Below are positions 1 through 12,850 of a stretch of DNA of 64,000 nt, piece after piece (within the stretch, counting starts at the first letter, position 1; the number at the start of each line of letters is the position of its first letter). Source of the DNA: Takakia lepidozioides (taxonomy: Eukaryota > Plantae > Bryophyta); assembly GCA_030704615.1 (NCBI GenBank), contig CM060733.1:25172001-25236000 (forward strand), given 5' to 3'. Both the position numbers and the translations under genes were made by a program. The notes under the pieces were generated by a model. The model was not told the DNA's origin. It ran no database searches and saw nothing but the letters and a program-made list of their open reading frames with translations.

Positions 1-11
1 GTTTATTTGTA

Positions 12-1637
12 ATGGAGGTGCAAGGAAGTGCAGATGAATGGTTAGATTGGCAGTGGCCAATCAGATACTACCTTGCTCATGGTCAGTGCCCACCTAGTTA
101 TGGTAAGGAGCAGAGGAAGAGAATTGCTATCAAAGCTTTACCTTATACTATGGTAGGAAGCAGAATGTATAAGTTAGGACCTGATGGAGTACTAAAACGA
201 TGCTTGTACCACCATGAAGTAAATAAAGTCTTGGAGGAAGTTCATAAAGGAGTGGCTGGAGGTCATTTTGGAGAAGAGACTACCAGTAGAAAGATACTAC
301 TCGCAGGATACTGGTGGCCTACTTTGTTCAAAGATGTACATGAGTATTGTCAGAAGTGTGATGAATGTCAGAGGCTAGGACCTTTGCAGAGATCTGGAAG
401 AATGGCCTTGCATCCTACAATGCCTACGGAACCATTTCAGAAATGGGGACTAGACTTTGTTGGACCAATTAATCCACCATCCAAGAATACACGAAACAGG
501 TACATAATTACAGCCACTGATTATACTACAAAGTGGGTGGAAGCTAAAGCTTTGAGGGACAACACAGCCAAGTCCACAGCAAGGTTCCTGTACGAGAACA
601 TACTTACACGATTTGGATGTCCCTTAGAATTTATCAGTGATCAAGGAAGTCACTTCATGAATGAGACCATTGAGTTGTTGACTAAAGAGTTTATGATTGT
701 GCATAGAAAGAGTACAACATATTACCCACAGGGTAATGGGCAGGCAGAGGCTACCAACAAAATACTATGTACTATCTTGGCTAAGATAGTCAATGCAAAC
801 AGAACGGATTGGGATACAAAGCTGCTGACAGCTTTGTGGTCATACAGGACTTCATATAAAGTCACCACTAAGTATACACCATTCCAATTAGTTTATGGTA
901 TGGAAGCCTTACTTCCAGTGGAATTCCTGTTACCTACCATGAGAACGGAGTGGGGAAAAAGAATGGAATTGCAAGACTCCATCAAGGTCAGGAAACATGA
1001 ATTATACCATGTGGAAGAAGTACGTGCTGATGCAGCTGATAATATGACCAGAATTCAGATGAAGCGAAAGGAACAGTTTGATGAAGGCAAGTTAAAGACT
1101 TTTAAGACGGGGGATTTGGTTCTATGGTTGCAGAAGAAAGGAAAGATTCAAGCTTCTAAGCTTAAATCACCGTGGAAAGGACCTTATGTCATACAAAAGA
1201 TGTATGATAACAACACCGCCATGTTACAAACCATTAACAAAGAAATGCTGGGAAGAGTCAATGCAAATAAGTTGAAGGGGTACAGTGGTATCCATGACAA
1301 ACCCCTGCAGCATGATTTGCATGTTGAACCGCAAGAGCAGTCACGGGCTGCACCAGTGTTACGAACGGAGTATGGAACACTTGTCGCTAGGCCCAGCATA
1401 TATGACCAGGGTGGGCAAAACAAACGTGACACAGCCTATCACAGCCCGCCAAGGCGCAACACAGCCTATCACAGCCCATCACGACGTGACACAGCCAACA
1501 CAGCCCATCACGACGTGACACAGCCTATCACAGCCCATCACGACGCAACACAGCCTATACAACATACCACAGCGTGTCACAGCCTATCACAGCTTACCAC
1601 AGTGCATCACAGCCTATCACAGGGTAACACAGTATGA
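12..1637 (+). CDS. Gypsy integrase (C-terminal part of pol), element A; frameshifted in the downstream repeat linker
   Basis: Zn-binding HHCC, DDE core and GPY/F (SPWKGPY) motifs; nearly identical to element C pol. Confidence 0.92.
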   Translation: MEVQGSADEWLDWQWPIRYYLAHGQCPPSYGKEQRKRIAIKALPYTMVGSRMYKLGPDGVLKRCLYHHEVNKVLEEVHKGVAGGHFGEETTSRKILLAGYWWPTLFKDVHEYCQKCDECQRLGPLQRSGRMALHPTMPTEPFQKWGLDFVGPINPPSKNTRNRYIITATDYTTKWVEAKALRDNTAKSTARFLYENILTRFGCPLEFISDQGSHFMNETIELLTKEFMIVHRKSTTYYPQGNGQAEATNKILCTILAKIVNANRTDWDTKLLTALWSYRTSYKVTTKYTPFQLVYGMEALLPVEFLLPTMRTEWGKRMELQDSIKVRKHELYHVEEVRADAADNMTRIQMKRKEQFDEGKLKTFKTGDLVLWLQKKGKIQASKLKSPWKGPYVIQKMYDNNTAMLQTINKEMLGRVNANKLKGYSGIHDKPLQHDLHVEPQEQSRAAPVLRTEYGTLVARPSIYDQGGQNKRDTAYHSPPRRNTAYHSPSRRDTANTAHHDVTQPITAHHDATQPIQHTTACHSLSQLTTVHHSLSQGNTV

Positions 1638-1662
1638 CACAGCCTGTCACAGCTCAACACAG
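1425..1662 (+). repeat. Eight degenerate 30-bp tandem repeats encoding a 10-aa linker (RDTAYHSPSR-like) after integrase
   Basis: Units like CGTGACACAGCCTATCACAGCCCATCACGA; the same 8 units are in frame in element C (~36374-36613); fewer units in B (~9072-9220). Confidence 0.88.
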
Positions 1663-2060
1663 CCTACTAAAGTTACACGATCCATAGAATCAGTGACAAG
1701 TGGACACATAAAAACTTCAGGAAAATGGATGACGGAAGAGGAAACGGAAATTACTTTAAAAATAGACACGTGGAGGTCAGGGTGCGACACACAGCAGAGA
1801 ATGAAGTGCAAGGACAGGTGTCAAAAAGAAAGAGGACAAGAACGGCCGTCAAATGGGATGAAAGGCGGGCCCATTAATGAATACGGAAAAAGGGAAACGG
1901 AACGAACGGCAAGTACAGAAAAGCCGAATTCATGTCGCATGTGTGATCCTAGTGGACTATCCAACAGGGAAAGTCCACTAAAGAAGATAAAAGTTAAAAT
2001 CCAGTCACAGCGATACAGCCAATAGAAAACCAGAGAAATGATCAAGAAAATGGAGGGAAA

Positions 2061-5000
2061 TTGAGCGCAAGAGGCGGCGTCGTTCTGAGTAACGGGCGTC
2101 TCGACAGGACAGGCCATAAATGCTATAACTTGGAAACTATGGAGGAACTAACAGACTATACGCTCGCAATATTACTTACGCAGTGGCATAGACACGAAAC
2201 GACAGAGCAGAGCTTTTCTCTTGAGCAATGCTTGCAAGCCCCGCAGGCTTACAAGAGATTACCCATAGCTTTCTGCGGCAACCATACGTTTATGCTTTGT
2301 GCACTACAGGCATTCCTGCAGTTGTTACAGCCAAAGCAGTTCTGTGAGTCTAAGATGAAGAGAGTGAGAGGAATGGAGGAAATCAGGGTGAAGAGCACCA
2401 CAATTCTGCAGAAACAAACGATGGCTACCCCACAGGCGATAAAGATACTGGAGGAGCTGAGATTGGAAGGATTGCAAAGCCTAGATTGGACACTACACCA
2501 TAGACAGTACATGTTACAATTTTTGCAGAACTTTGAGCCAAGGACAGGAACAACAACGGTGAAGGGAGTTGAATTAATGATTACTCCCCTATACCTCCAG
2601 CAATTGTTTCGATTGCCAGCAGGTCAGGTGCATGTGGGGGAACACAGGGCAAGACTGCAAATAGGGGACTTATTCCAAGAAGGGAGTTTCTTTAAAACTC
2701 AGGGTTATGCTTGTACCAAAGCTGTGTACCCAGGGTTAAAAGAGATAGGCCAGGTATTGAACGTTCTGTTTGCCCTGAAACAGAACCAACAATATTTGAG
2801 CAGATCCTTCACAGAGGAAATACTCAAAGGCCTGAAGGGACAAGAGGTACAATGGGCGGACATAATGTACAACGCACTAGTAGAGGAGATGAAAAGATTA
2901 CAAGGTACTACCGCAAAGTCTCCTATCATAGTGTCTGGCCCAATCATTGCTCAAATAATCCTTAATTCTGGCATACTTAATGCACAAGAAAGGAAGGAAA
3001 TGGGAGTGTTTGAGCCAGAAACAACTGCAATGGAAGAGCAAGGCTCTTCACACAGTGAGGGTGGACTAGCAGCACAACCCGAGACTAAGAGGCAGAGAAG
3101 GGGAAAGACTGTAGTGGCGGATCCACTGGCTTCACGGATTCCGCATGATAATGTTTCCCAAGCTCATGACCAGGAAGGGGCACAGCAGCACAAAAGAATG
3201 TTATTACTGGAAGCAGGACCTTCAGAGAGGGAGGAGGAAGTTACTTCTGCATCACAGCCAACACAGCCACTTGAACGACTTGTCACAAGGTCACAAGTTA
3301 TCCATGCAGCTCAACCCGAAATAATTGATTTGGAAAGTGAAGGGATAGATATTCCAACTACAGAACAGATAGTGGCAGAAATAGAGAAAGGGGACCTTCT
3401 CTATGAATATTCTGGTCTGGTCAAGGAGACAGAAATCCCAGAGGTGCAACAGTTGCCCAAGGGAAATCCTGAGGTGCATATAATGCACACACCTGTGTCG
3501 GAGGTACCACAGGCGGAAGGTCATGACACTGTAACACCAGTCATAGATGAAGTAGTTCAGGAAGAAAATCCGGTGGGACAATGGCCTGAATGGTTAGTGA
3601 GACATCATACTGTTGAAGATCGGGAGGAACAGCAGCAACCTCACCATGATGACCCTCAACAGGCAATGCTGATGAGTTCCATAGGCAGGACACTTAATTT
3701 GTTGGGGACTTATGTCAAATCCCATGTTCCAATTACCCAATTGACAGCCTTGAAAGAGGAACTCAGGAAGGAGTTTGAGGCTCGACTTGCCACTGAGTGT
3801 GCAAACAAGGTCGATGAAGAGGTCACTCTCAAGATGAAGCAGGACTTGGGCAATACAGAAATGGCTTTGCAGTTGGCCAAGCAACAATTGATTGAGGCAG
3901 GCCTCGCGCAAGACCAGTTGCACGAAGCACATAAGCAACAGCTATACCAAATGCAGGTGCAGCATGAAAGCAAGTTGCAAGAACTGAATGCACTACATAC
4001 GGAGTTGCAGACAGTGCATAACAGGATGGCGATACAATGTGCTACATTTACAACTATGCTTGACCAATCAACAAAAGAAATAAACAGTCAAGCGGAAAAA
4101 TGTACGAAGGCAGAAGAAGAGAATGTTGAGCAAATGAAGCTCATTGTCGATATGAAGAATACAATCTGTCGCATGAAGATACTTTCAAGCAATACAGGCA
4201 GAGGGAAGCTGATCAAGAGAAACACATCGTGGAGTTGCAACAAACCATCGTGGCCAATAGAAATGAAATCGCGGTCAGTAACAAGGCTTCGAAGGAAGCC
4301 AATAATCTACTTGCTGCCTATGCGCAATTGGTTGAGCCACAGGCGAAGCGCATGGAGGCTTTACAACAGCAGTTGGAATTGTACAAGCTAAGAGAGGAGC
4401 AAACTCTCAGGGGAACCACAAGCAGCTTGGTGGATAACAGCCTTATGCAGGTCTGGTTAGCACAAGGGCCAGTAGAGGGCAAAAGCCCACGGAAGCTCAC
4501 CCAAAGCGAGATGAATGAGCTCAGACTGCAGGTGCAGAACATTGCCACAACTACTATAGACAATGTCTATAGTAGGATAGCAGAGTTACAAGAGGATGTA
4601 GACGGACTCCAGACTCAAGTGGAAGACCTCACTTCAAACATCGACCAAAGAGTCTATATCCCTCAGGAACAGCTAATGGCTTCTTATTTGCAAGCCAGAA
4701 CTCTGGCTTTTCAGTCTTCACAGGAGGTGCAGGAGATGCCAATGATACAGGAGCCAGTACCACCACCACCACAACAGGTCAGTGTACCAGTAGCTGAACC
4801 TGTGGTTACTACAACCACACCACAGCCACCACAGCCGGAGGTATGGGGCAATGCCGCTTTTAACCCACCTAAAACTCCAGCTGCAAGGGAGTACAGCAGG
4901 GCTATGCTTATGCCCTTCAACCAAATTCCCATCATGTTGGATTTGGCTTGGAAAGAATTTAGTCCTCCGCAGTCATTCGCACATTACTACCAAATCATGC

Positions 5001-5906
5001 GTATTTGGCTGCCAGTGGCAACTAGGACTAAAGTTCTTCCAAACAATCGACATATTGAAGATCATCACTTTGCACAATACTGGCACGAGGCAGGTACCAT
5101 GTTGAGGGAATTGGTTGCTTTCCAGGTTGTACATGGACTCATTTATACCAAGACCAAGGAGATAGCAAGTATTGTCATGGGGTGCGGGCTATACTACGCT
5201 GCTTGTTTTCTGGTACGTTACCACATTGAGCAACAAAAGATGCAAACACGCTTTCAAAGTTACTCCAGTGGAGATCATTGGGTATTACCTTCGGTGCCAC
5301 CTCATATGTACCTATATGACCCAAAAGTTATGATGCAGAAGGATTCTCAAATTCGTTCATGGTTTCAAGCAGCCTGCAACCAATTTGTCAACACAGAAAT
5401 TCGGACTTGATGACATTTTCTATAAGGGACATGTGGCATGGAAGTACTTGCACGCTGCACCAGTAATTGGTACCCCACTCATCTGGACAGACAAGGAGCT
5501 CAGTGTCTACACCAATTTTGCTGTTCAGCGGTTACACCAAGTTGTAAAATACAAACTTCCAGACATGGTAGGACAGCATTGTATGCCCCAGATGATTCCA
5601 CAAAAAGTTCGAAAATTAAAACACCTGAGAGGCGATGAGGATTCTGATACAACTGTTTCTTCACAGAATTCTTTTGACATGGGAGAAGACTATGCAATTC
5701 AGATGGAAGAGAAGAAACAAAGGGGATCTCCTATGCCGGAAAGATTACCTCGATATCAGCCTCCAGAAGGCCTCACTTATCCAGGTAGTGATCAACCATC
5801 TCCATCAACCAGAGACAGACCTCGGGCTCGTACACACAGCCCACCACGAAACTCTCAACGTCAACAAGGTGCTCACTCACAAAGGTTTGCTACTCGGAAA
5901 CAGTAA
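2061..5906 (+). CDS. Extra region 3' of integrase (~1,280 aa once two frameshifts are corrected): Athila-ORF/'putative plant transposon protein'-like N-terminus, coiled coil, unknown C-terminal domain
   Basis: ORFs 2061-4391, 4229-5410 and 5385-5906 join into the protein that is continuous over these junctions in element C (ORF 32131-35325). Motifs YMLQFLQNF..TTVKGVELMITPLYLQQLFRLP and GQEVQWADIMY; long Q/E/L heptad-rich segment. Confidence 0.8.
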
Positions 5907-5927
5907 ACCGTGAGGACACGGCTTTTT

Positions 5928-5941
5928 GAGGGGGGAAGGGG
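5928..5941 (+). promoter_or_regulatory. Polypurine tract of element A
   Basis: GAGGGGGGAAGGGG 3 nt before the LTR TG. Confidence 0.85.
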
Positions 5942-5944
5942 TAA

Positions 5945-7004
5945 TGTTAGAGGACTGTAGGGGACTTAGACACTTATACGGGATCTGTAGGGTACCCTTA
6001 ATTTTTGCACAGACTGAGACCAACAGGAGCCTTAGGGGTGACAGCAGCGCACTGTAGAGGGGGGTTACATAGCCCACACAGCCGACACAGCAGTCACAGG
6101 CCACACAGCCAACACAGCCCGTCACAGTCGTCACACACACAGCCCACACAGCCGACACAGCCCACACAGCCCACACAGCCGTCACAGTCGTCACAGCCGT
6201 CACAGCATCACAGCAGTCACAGCCCACACAGCCGACACAGCCCACAGCCCGTCACAGTCGTCACAGCAGACACAGCCCACACAGCCCACACAGCCAGTCA
6301 CAGCCCGGCACAGCCACACAGCCAGTCACAGCCCGACACAGCCAAACACAGCCAGTCACCGCTTGACACAGCTGTCACGATAATAGGGAACGAAGAGTAG
6401 GACAGGGAACGACTGTGGGGAACAACACCTGTGAAGGGAACATGTTAGTTCACATACGACGGTTAGAGAGGGAAACGGTTAGAACCGCGGATAGGAGGAT
6501 AAAGGGAGAAACGGGGAATGAAGGATGATCATTATTCGGAGGAGGACTTCGGAGTCAGGCAGGAGCGGAGATCGGAGGCAAGAGATGGAGAGCACGATGA
6601 AGGAGAAAGAGGATTAGTAGATGCTTGTTATATGCAAAGCTGTAGTGATATTGTAGAGCAGATTAGAGACATAATGGCTTCGGCCTGATACCTGATAAAT
6701 CATAATCTGATACTTATACGATACAATCACACTGTGTAGAGAGATCTGAGAGAAGCTGTGGATTGAATGGATGAGTGAAGGAAACCGATAGATTGATGAA
6801 GCAACTGATACTTAATTATCAATGGTAAGGTAGCTAAGATGAATGCGAAAAGGGAAACGCATAGGAAACACCCCCATGATACACTAGCTGTAGGTCATGA
6901 CTGATTGTTCTGCGCGGGCTGAGTACTTAGAGATTTCCAACTCTTCTATCTTGGAGTTTCCGCCTCGGATAGCGAAGGGATGGGTGAGTAAAAGCCGCGC
7001 GACA
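5945..7004 (+). repeat. 3' LTR of element A (1,060 bp) with a CACAGC-rich low-complexity array
   Basis: TG...CA termini; near-identical to the reverse complement of 31065-32092; homologous to 15956-16982. Confidence 0.92.
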
Positions 7005-8624
7005 GAACTCCTAAGCATGGCTTGTTGACGGTCTTCATGGGGGGCCTTGCTCTGTTCTCCCTGATCCTCAAGTGTGATGCCTCACCAACCCATTCAGGCC
7101 ATTGCCCCACCAGATTTTCTTCCTGAACCACCTCATCCGCCACAGGTGTTGCAGTGTCTTGATATTCTACCCCTGGTACCTCCGTCACAAGTGTGGGTAT
7201 TACATGCACAGCAGGGTTTCCCTTGGACAACCACTGCACCTCTAGAATCACTGATTCCCTTACCAAGCCAGAGTTTTCATAGAGATGTCACCCTTCTCAA
7301 TTTCGTCCATGACCTGCTCTGTAGTGGGAATGTCCAACCTTTCTCCTTCCAAGTCAATTGGGGGTGATGTCACAGCACTTACTAACTGTGGAAGCTCCAA
7401 AACATCTGAGTCAATTGGTTGTGGTGGCTGTGGTATCGAAGTGACTTCCTCTTCCCTTTCCGAAGGCTGTGCTTCCAATAATAACAGCTCTCTGTGCTGT
7501 TGTGCCCCATCTTGCACAAGAGCTTGGGAAACATTATCGTGCGGTTTCCGTGAAGCCAGTGGATCCGCCACTACAGTCATACCCCGCCTCTGTCTCTTAG
7601 ATTGGTGTTGCCGTGCCAGTCCACCCTCACTGTGTGAAGAGCCCTGCTCTTCAATTGCAGTGGTTTCTGCCTCAAACACTCCCATCTCCTTACGTTCTCG
7701 AGTATCAAGTATGCAAGAATCAAGAATTATTTGGGCAATGACTGGACCAGACACAATGATCGGATACTTAGCAGCAGTGCCCTGTAACCTCTTCATCTCA
7801 TCTACCAATCCATTGTACATTAACTCTGCCCAAGCGACATCCTCTCCCCTCAAAGCTTTCAGGATCTCCTCTGTGAATGACCTGCTCAAATACTGTTGGT
7901 TCTGTTTCATGGCAAACAGAACGTTCAGGATTTGGCCAACTTCCCTAAGCCCTGGGTACTCGGCTTTGGTACAAGCGTAGCCTTGAGTTTTAAAGAAACT
8001 CCCTTCTTGGAACAAATTCCCTATCTGCAATCTTGCCCTGTGCTTATCCACATCCACATGTCCTGATGGCAAATCAAACAATTGCTGCAGGTACTGGGGA
8101 GTAATTTCTATATCTACTCCCCTCACCTGAGTAACTCCCGTCCGAGGCTCAAAGTTACGAAGAAATTGTATCATGAACTGCCGATGATGCAAGGACCAGT
8201 CCTTGCGTAGCAGCCCTTCCAATCGCAACTCCCTTAGCAGCTGTACTGCCTGCGGTGCTGCAATTGTTTGTTTCTACAGTATCGTCGTGCTCTTCACCCT
8301 GATATCCTCCATTCCCCTCACTCTCTTCATTCTAGACAAACAGAAAGGCTTTGTTTGAAACAGCTGAAGGAAAGCTTGCAGGGCACAGAGCATGAAGGTA
8401 TGGTTGGCACAGAATGCAATGGGTAAGTGCTTGTAAGCCTGTGGGGCTTGCAAGTATCGATTTAGAGAAAATGTACTCTTTGTTCGTCTGTCCTTGTGCC
8501 ACTGCGTAAGTAGTAAGGCGAGCGTGTAGTCTGTTATTTCCGCCATAGCTTCAAAGCTATAGCTTTGATTGTCTCCCCTGTCGAGACGCCCGTTACTCGG
8601 AACTACGCCGACTCTTGCGCTCAT
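7005..8624 (-). pseudogene. Element B extra region, N-terminal part (nonsense codon at ~8274, frameshift ~7270), truncated by element A
   Basis: MSARVGVV..TDYTLALLL..MKRVRGMEDIRV..RARLQIGNLFQEGSFFKTQGYACTKA, homologous to A 2061-3680. Confidence 0.85.
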
Positions 8625-11600
8625 AATTTTTTTAAATTCTTGATCTTGCTTTTTGGAAAATACCCTCTGCAGATAATTCTGGCTCATGATTGGCTGTTGG
8701 CTCTGTGATTGGTTTTGTAATTTAATTCCCTTCCGTGGATTTTCCCCCTTGGATTGTCCACTAGGATAGCACATGTGACAAGGATTTCGCTTTTGGGTAC
8801 TTGTAAAGGGTTCCGTTACCCTTTCCCTGTATGCATTAATGGGCCCACAATAAATTTCGGTTAACGTGCCGGGTAGGTACTTTGACGGCCAATTTTGTCT
8901 TCCTTCTTGATGACACCCGTTCTTGCAATTCATGTCCGGCTGTGTGTCTCGCCCTGGCGTCCACGTGTCCATTTCTAAACCTGCCTCCGTCCACTTTTCC
9001 GCCGGCCACTCTCCGGATGTTAACCCACGTCCACCTGTCACTGATCCTATGGACTGTGTAACCCCGGTAGGCTGTGTTGAGCTGTGACAGGCTGTGTCAT
9101 ACTGTGGTACGCTGTGATAGGCTGTGTGGCACTGTGGTAAGCTGTGATAGGCTGTGACATGCTGTGGTAGGCTGTGATAGGCTATGTCACGCTGTGATGG
9201 GCTGTGATAGGTATGCGAACACCTGTAGTTCCCGCCCTGATCATATATGCTCGGCTTAGCGACAAGTGCTCCATACTCCGTTGGTATCACTGGCGCAGCC
9301 CGTGACTGCTTTTGCGTTTCAACATGCAAATCGTGCTGCAATGGTTTGTCATGGATACCACTATATCCCTTCAACTTATTGGCATTGACTCTTCCCAGCT
9401 TCTCTTTGTTAATGGTTTGTAACATGGCTGTGTTGTTATCATACATCTTCTGTATGACATAAGGTCACTTCTAGGGTGATTTAAGCTTAGAAGCTTTAAT
9501 CTTCCCCTTCTTCTGCAACCAGAGAACCAAATCTCCCGTCTTAAAAGTCTTTAATTTGCCTTCATCAAACTGTTCCTTTCTCTTCATCTGAATTCTGGTC
9601 ATGTTATCAGCTGCATCAGCACGTACTTCTTCCACATGGTATAATTCATGTTTCCTGACCTTAATTGAATCTTCCAATTCCATTCTCTTTCCCCATTCAG
9701 TTCTCATGGTAGGTAACAAGAATTCCACTGGAAGTAAAGCTTCCATACCATAAACTAATTGGAATGGTGTATACTTAGTGGTGACTTTATATGAAGTCCT
9801 GTATGACCACAAAGCTGTCAGCAGCTTTGTATCCCAATCCGTTCTGTTTGCATTGACTATCTTAGCCAAGATAGTACATAGTATTTTGTTGGTAGCCTCT
9901 GCCTGCCCATTACCCTGTGGGTAATACGTTGTACTCTTCCTATGCACAATCATAAACTCTTTAGTCAATAGTTCAATGGTCTCATTAATGAAGTGACTTC
10001 CCTGGTCACTGATAAATTCTAAGGGACAGCCAAATCGTGTAAGTATGTTCTCATACAGGAACCTTGCTGTGGTTTTGGCTGTGTTGTCCCTCAGAGCTTT
10101 AACTTCCACCCACTTCGTAGTATAATCAGTGGCTGTAATTATATACTTGTTCTGAGTATTCTTGGCCGGTGGATTAATTGGTCCAACAAAGTCTAGTCCC
10201 CATTTCTGAAATGGTTCAGTAGGCATCGTAGGATGCAAAGCCATCTTCCCAGATCACTGCAAAGGTCCTAGCCTCTGACATTCATCACAACTCTGACAAT
10301 ACTTGTGTACATCCTTGAACAAAGTAGGCCACCAGTAACCTGCAAGTAGTATCTTCCTACTGGTAGTCTCTTCTCCAAAATGTCCTCCAGCCACTCCTTT
10401 ATGAACTTCCTCCAAAACTTTATTTATTTCATGGTGGTACAAGCATCGTTTCAGTACTCCATCAGGTCCTAGCTTATACATTCTGCCCCCTACCATAGTA
10501 TAAGGTAAAGCCTTGATAGCGATTCTCTTCCTCTGCTCATTTCCATAACTAGGTGGGCACTGACCATGAGTAAGGTAGTATCTGATTGGCCACTGCCAAT
10601 CTAACCATTCATCTACACTTCCTTGCACCTCCATTGCAAATAAACTCGCATCAGGTAATTGGTCGTCTACTCCTGTGGCGGGCTCTCCTGTTGTTAGGCG
10701 TGACAAATGATCTGCCACAAGATGCAAATGGCCTGGCTTGTAAACAACTTCGAACTCAAACTCGTGCAAGATTATTAACCACCTCGCTATCCTTCCACTT
10801 ATCAAAGGTTTGTTCACCAGATATATCAGAGCCTGGTGATCCACATAAAACATAAACTTTCTTTCCAATAGGTAATGCCTGAATTTCTTGACTGCATAAA
10901 TCATTGCCAGTGCTTCTCTTTCAGTTGTGCTATAGTTCCTTTCAACACTGTTCATCAACCTGCTAGCATAGTACACCGTTGAATCTATATTTCCTGTAAC
11001 ATTTTGGGCTAACACCACTCCCAACGCTTCTCCTGAGGCATCACAGTGAACATGAAATACTACATGCCAGTGAGGGTTAATCAGCACAGGTGTAGTTGTT
11101 ACTGACAATGTAAGTTTCTCAAAAGCCTGTTGACATTCAGCTGTCCATGCAAACACTGCATCTTTCTTCAGAAGCTTGCTCAATGGTGCTGCTATCTGTG
11201 CATACATTTTGACCAATCTTCTGTAATAACCGGTTTGTCCAAGGAATCTCCTTAGACTCTTAACATTTACTGGTGGTGGAGAGGCTTTAATGGCCTCTGT
11301 CTTCCTGGGATCCACAAGAAGTCCCCTCTTACACACAATGTGTCCCAAAAGCACCCCTGAGTTCACACAGAAAGTACACTTCTCCGGATTCAGGCCCAGA
11401 CCTCTCATCCTGCATCCGGCCAAACATAACTCCAATTTATGCAAGTGCTCATTCTTAGAGCTGTACACACTGAAATCATCCAAGAACACCTGCATGAAAT
11501 CATCCAGATACTCATGAAAAGATTCACTTATCACTCTCTGAAAGGTTGCTGGTGCATTACAAAGTCCAAAAAGCATGACTTTGTATGCATAAGCACCCCA

Positions 11601-12850
11601 GTCTTTGATGAAAGCTGTCTTTCCCTGGTCTTCTTCTGCCACTTGCACTTGATTATAACCACTGAAACCATCCATGAATGAGTACATCTCATGGCCTGCC
11701 ACAGTGTCCAATACCGCTTCTGTGAATGGCAAAGGAAAATGATCTTTCTTCGTGCAAGCATTCAACTTCTTATAGTTCACACAAACTCTCAGTTTACCAT
11801 TCTTCTTGGGAACTATCACAATGGGTGACAACCAAGTTGTATACTCTATCGGGTATATAAACTTCGCCTCAGCCAACTTCTTGATCTCTTCTCCAACCTT
11901 CTGTGCATAGTTGGGATTCATTCTGTACCTTGTCTGTTTGATTGGTACTGACCCTGGTTCCAGTTCAATCTTATGCTGACAGATCTCAGGTGGTATCCCT
12001 TTTAGATCCTCGTAGCTCCAAGCAAATACATCTTTGTATTTGATGAACAAACTCTTAGCTTCCTCAAAGAATTCTGGCTCCAAATCAGCCCCTACCTTCA
12101 CCATCCTCGGTTCCTCTTCAGTTCCCACATTCACTTCTTTCACCTGCTCATCAGCTGTGATTGTCCAACTAGTCACCACTTCATCCTGTAAACTCACAGT
12201 GGCTGGTTCCTCTAAGATTTCCATTTCTCCTTCTCTTTCTTCATAAAAATGTGGTGGGTAACTTCTTATTTCACCTTCAATTGGTGTTGTTGTCACTACA
12301 CCACAATAGATACCTTTTAAACAACTTAGGCCTTCCAGCTGCATCTCTGCAACCTGCTCCTACTCTGCGTGTGCAGCGAACAGGGTAGCTTCCTGCTCCT
12401 CATCCAGTCCTCCCCTCCAGTCATACTCCCTGACCCCTCGAGGTCTTCTTGTAGCAGGTAATTTACTAGATTTCTTAGTGGTAATTTGTATCTTGTGCAT
12501 CCCATTATGCACAGTTAGTAACTGGGAATTCCAGTCATGGAATACCCTGGCCTGTTTCAGCCACGGACGTCCCAATAATAAGGAGTAAGCCTCCATGACT
12601 TCATCCATTTTCAATACAGTTACTGTGATCATAAAGATCATCTTTTGAATCTGTATCTTAACTCCTCTTATCAATCCCAATGGCTGTACACTTCTTTGAT
12701 CTGCCATTGTTACTGTAAATGGGGCTGTTTCATGTTACTTAGACCAAGCTTCTGCCTTAATTGGTCTGTCATGATGTTCACTCCAGAGCCTCCATCTATC
12801 AGTACATCAGTTAGTTTTGTGCTTCCAATTCTCAATTGGATTACTGGCAT
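8625..12850 (-). pseudogene. Element B pol (PR-RT-RNase H-INT), several stops and a frameshift
   Basis: PR VLIDGGSGVNIM; RT LRVCVNYKKLN, FMDGFSGYNQ, VFLDDF; RH HCDASG, EREALA, VADHLSRL; INT KWGLDFVGP; stops at ~12360, ~10254, ~9471. Confidence 0.92.

Larger units (their letters stand above)
1..7004 (+). mobile_element. Ty3/Gypsy non-chromovirus (Athila/OTA-like) LTR retrotransposon, element A, 3' half (5' part outside window)
   Basis: Integrase (HHCC: EVHKGVAGGHF..CQKCDEC; core KWGLDFVGP, FISDQGSHF, GQAEATNK), extra ORF region, PPT GAGGGGGGAAGGGG and 3' LTR TGTTAGAGG...GCGCGACA. Confidence 0.93.

Noticed and set aside
1425-1662. 30-bp repeats as a CRISPR-like array
   Set aside because: Head-to-tail degenerate repeats with no unique spacers, in frame within a retroelement ORF; no cas genes; eukaryotic context.
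2061-5906. Calling the extra region an envelope (env) gene
   Set aside because: No signal peptide and only one weakly hydrophobic stretch (IASIVMGCGLYYAACFLV); position alone is not evidence.
5877-6400. Cys/Val/Ala- or His/Ser-rich ORFs in the LTRs (also 16629-16980 and 31709-32160)
   Set aside because: By-products of the stop-poor CACAGC/GCTGTG low-complexity array.
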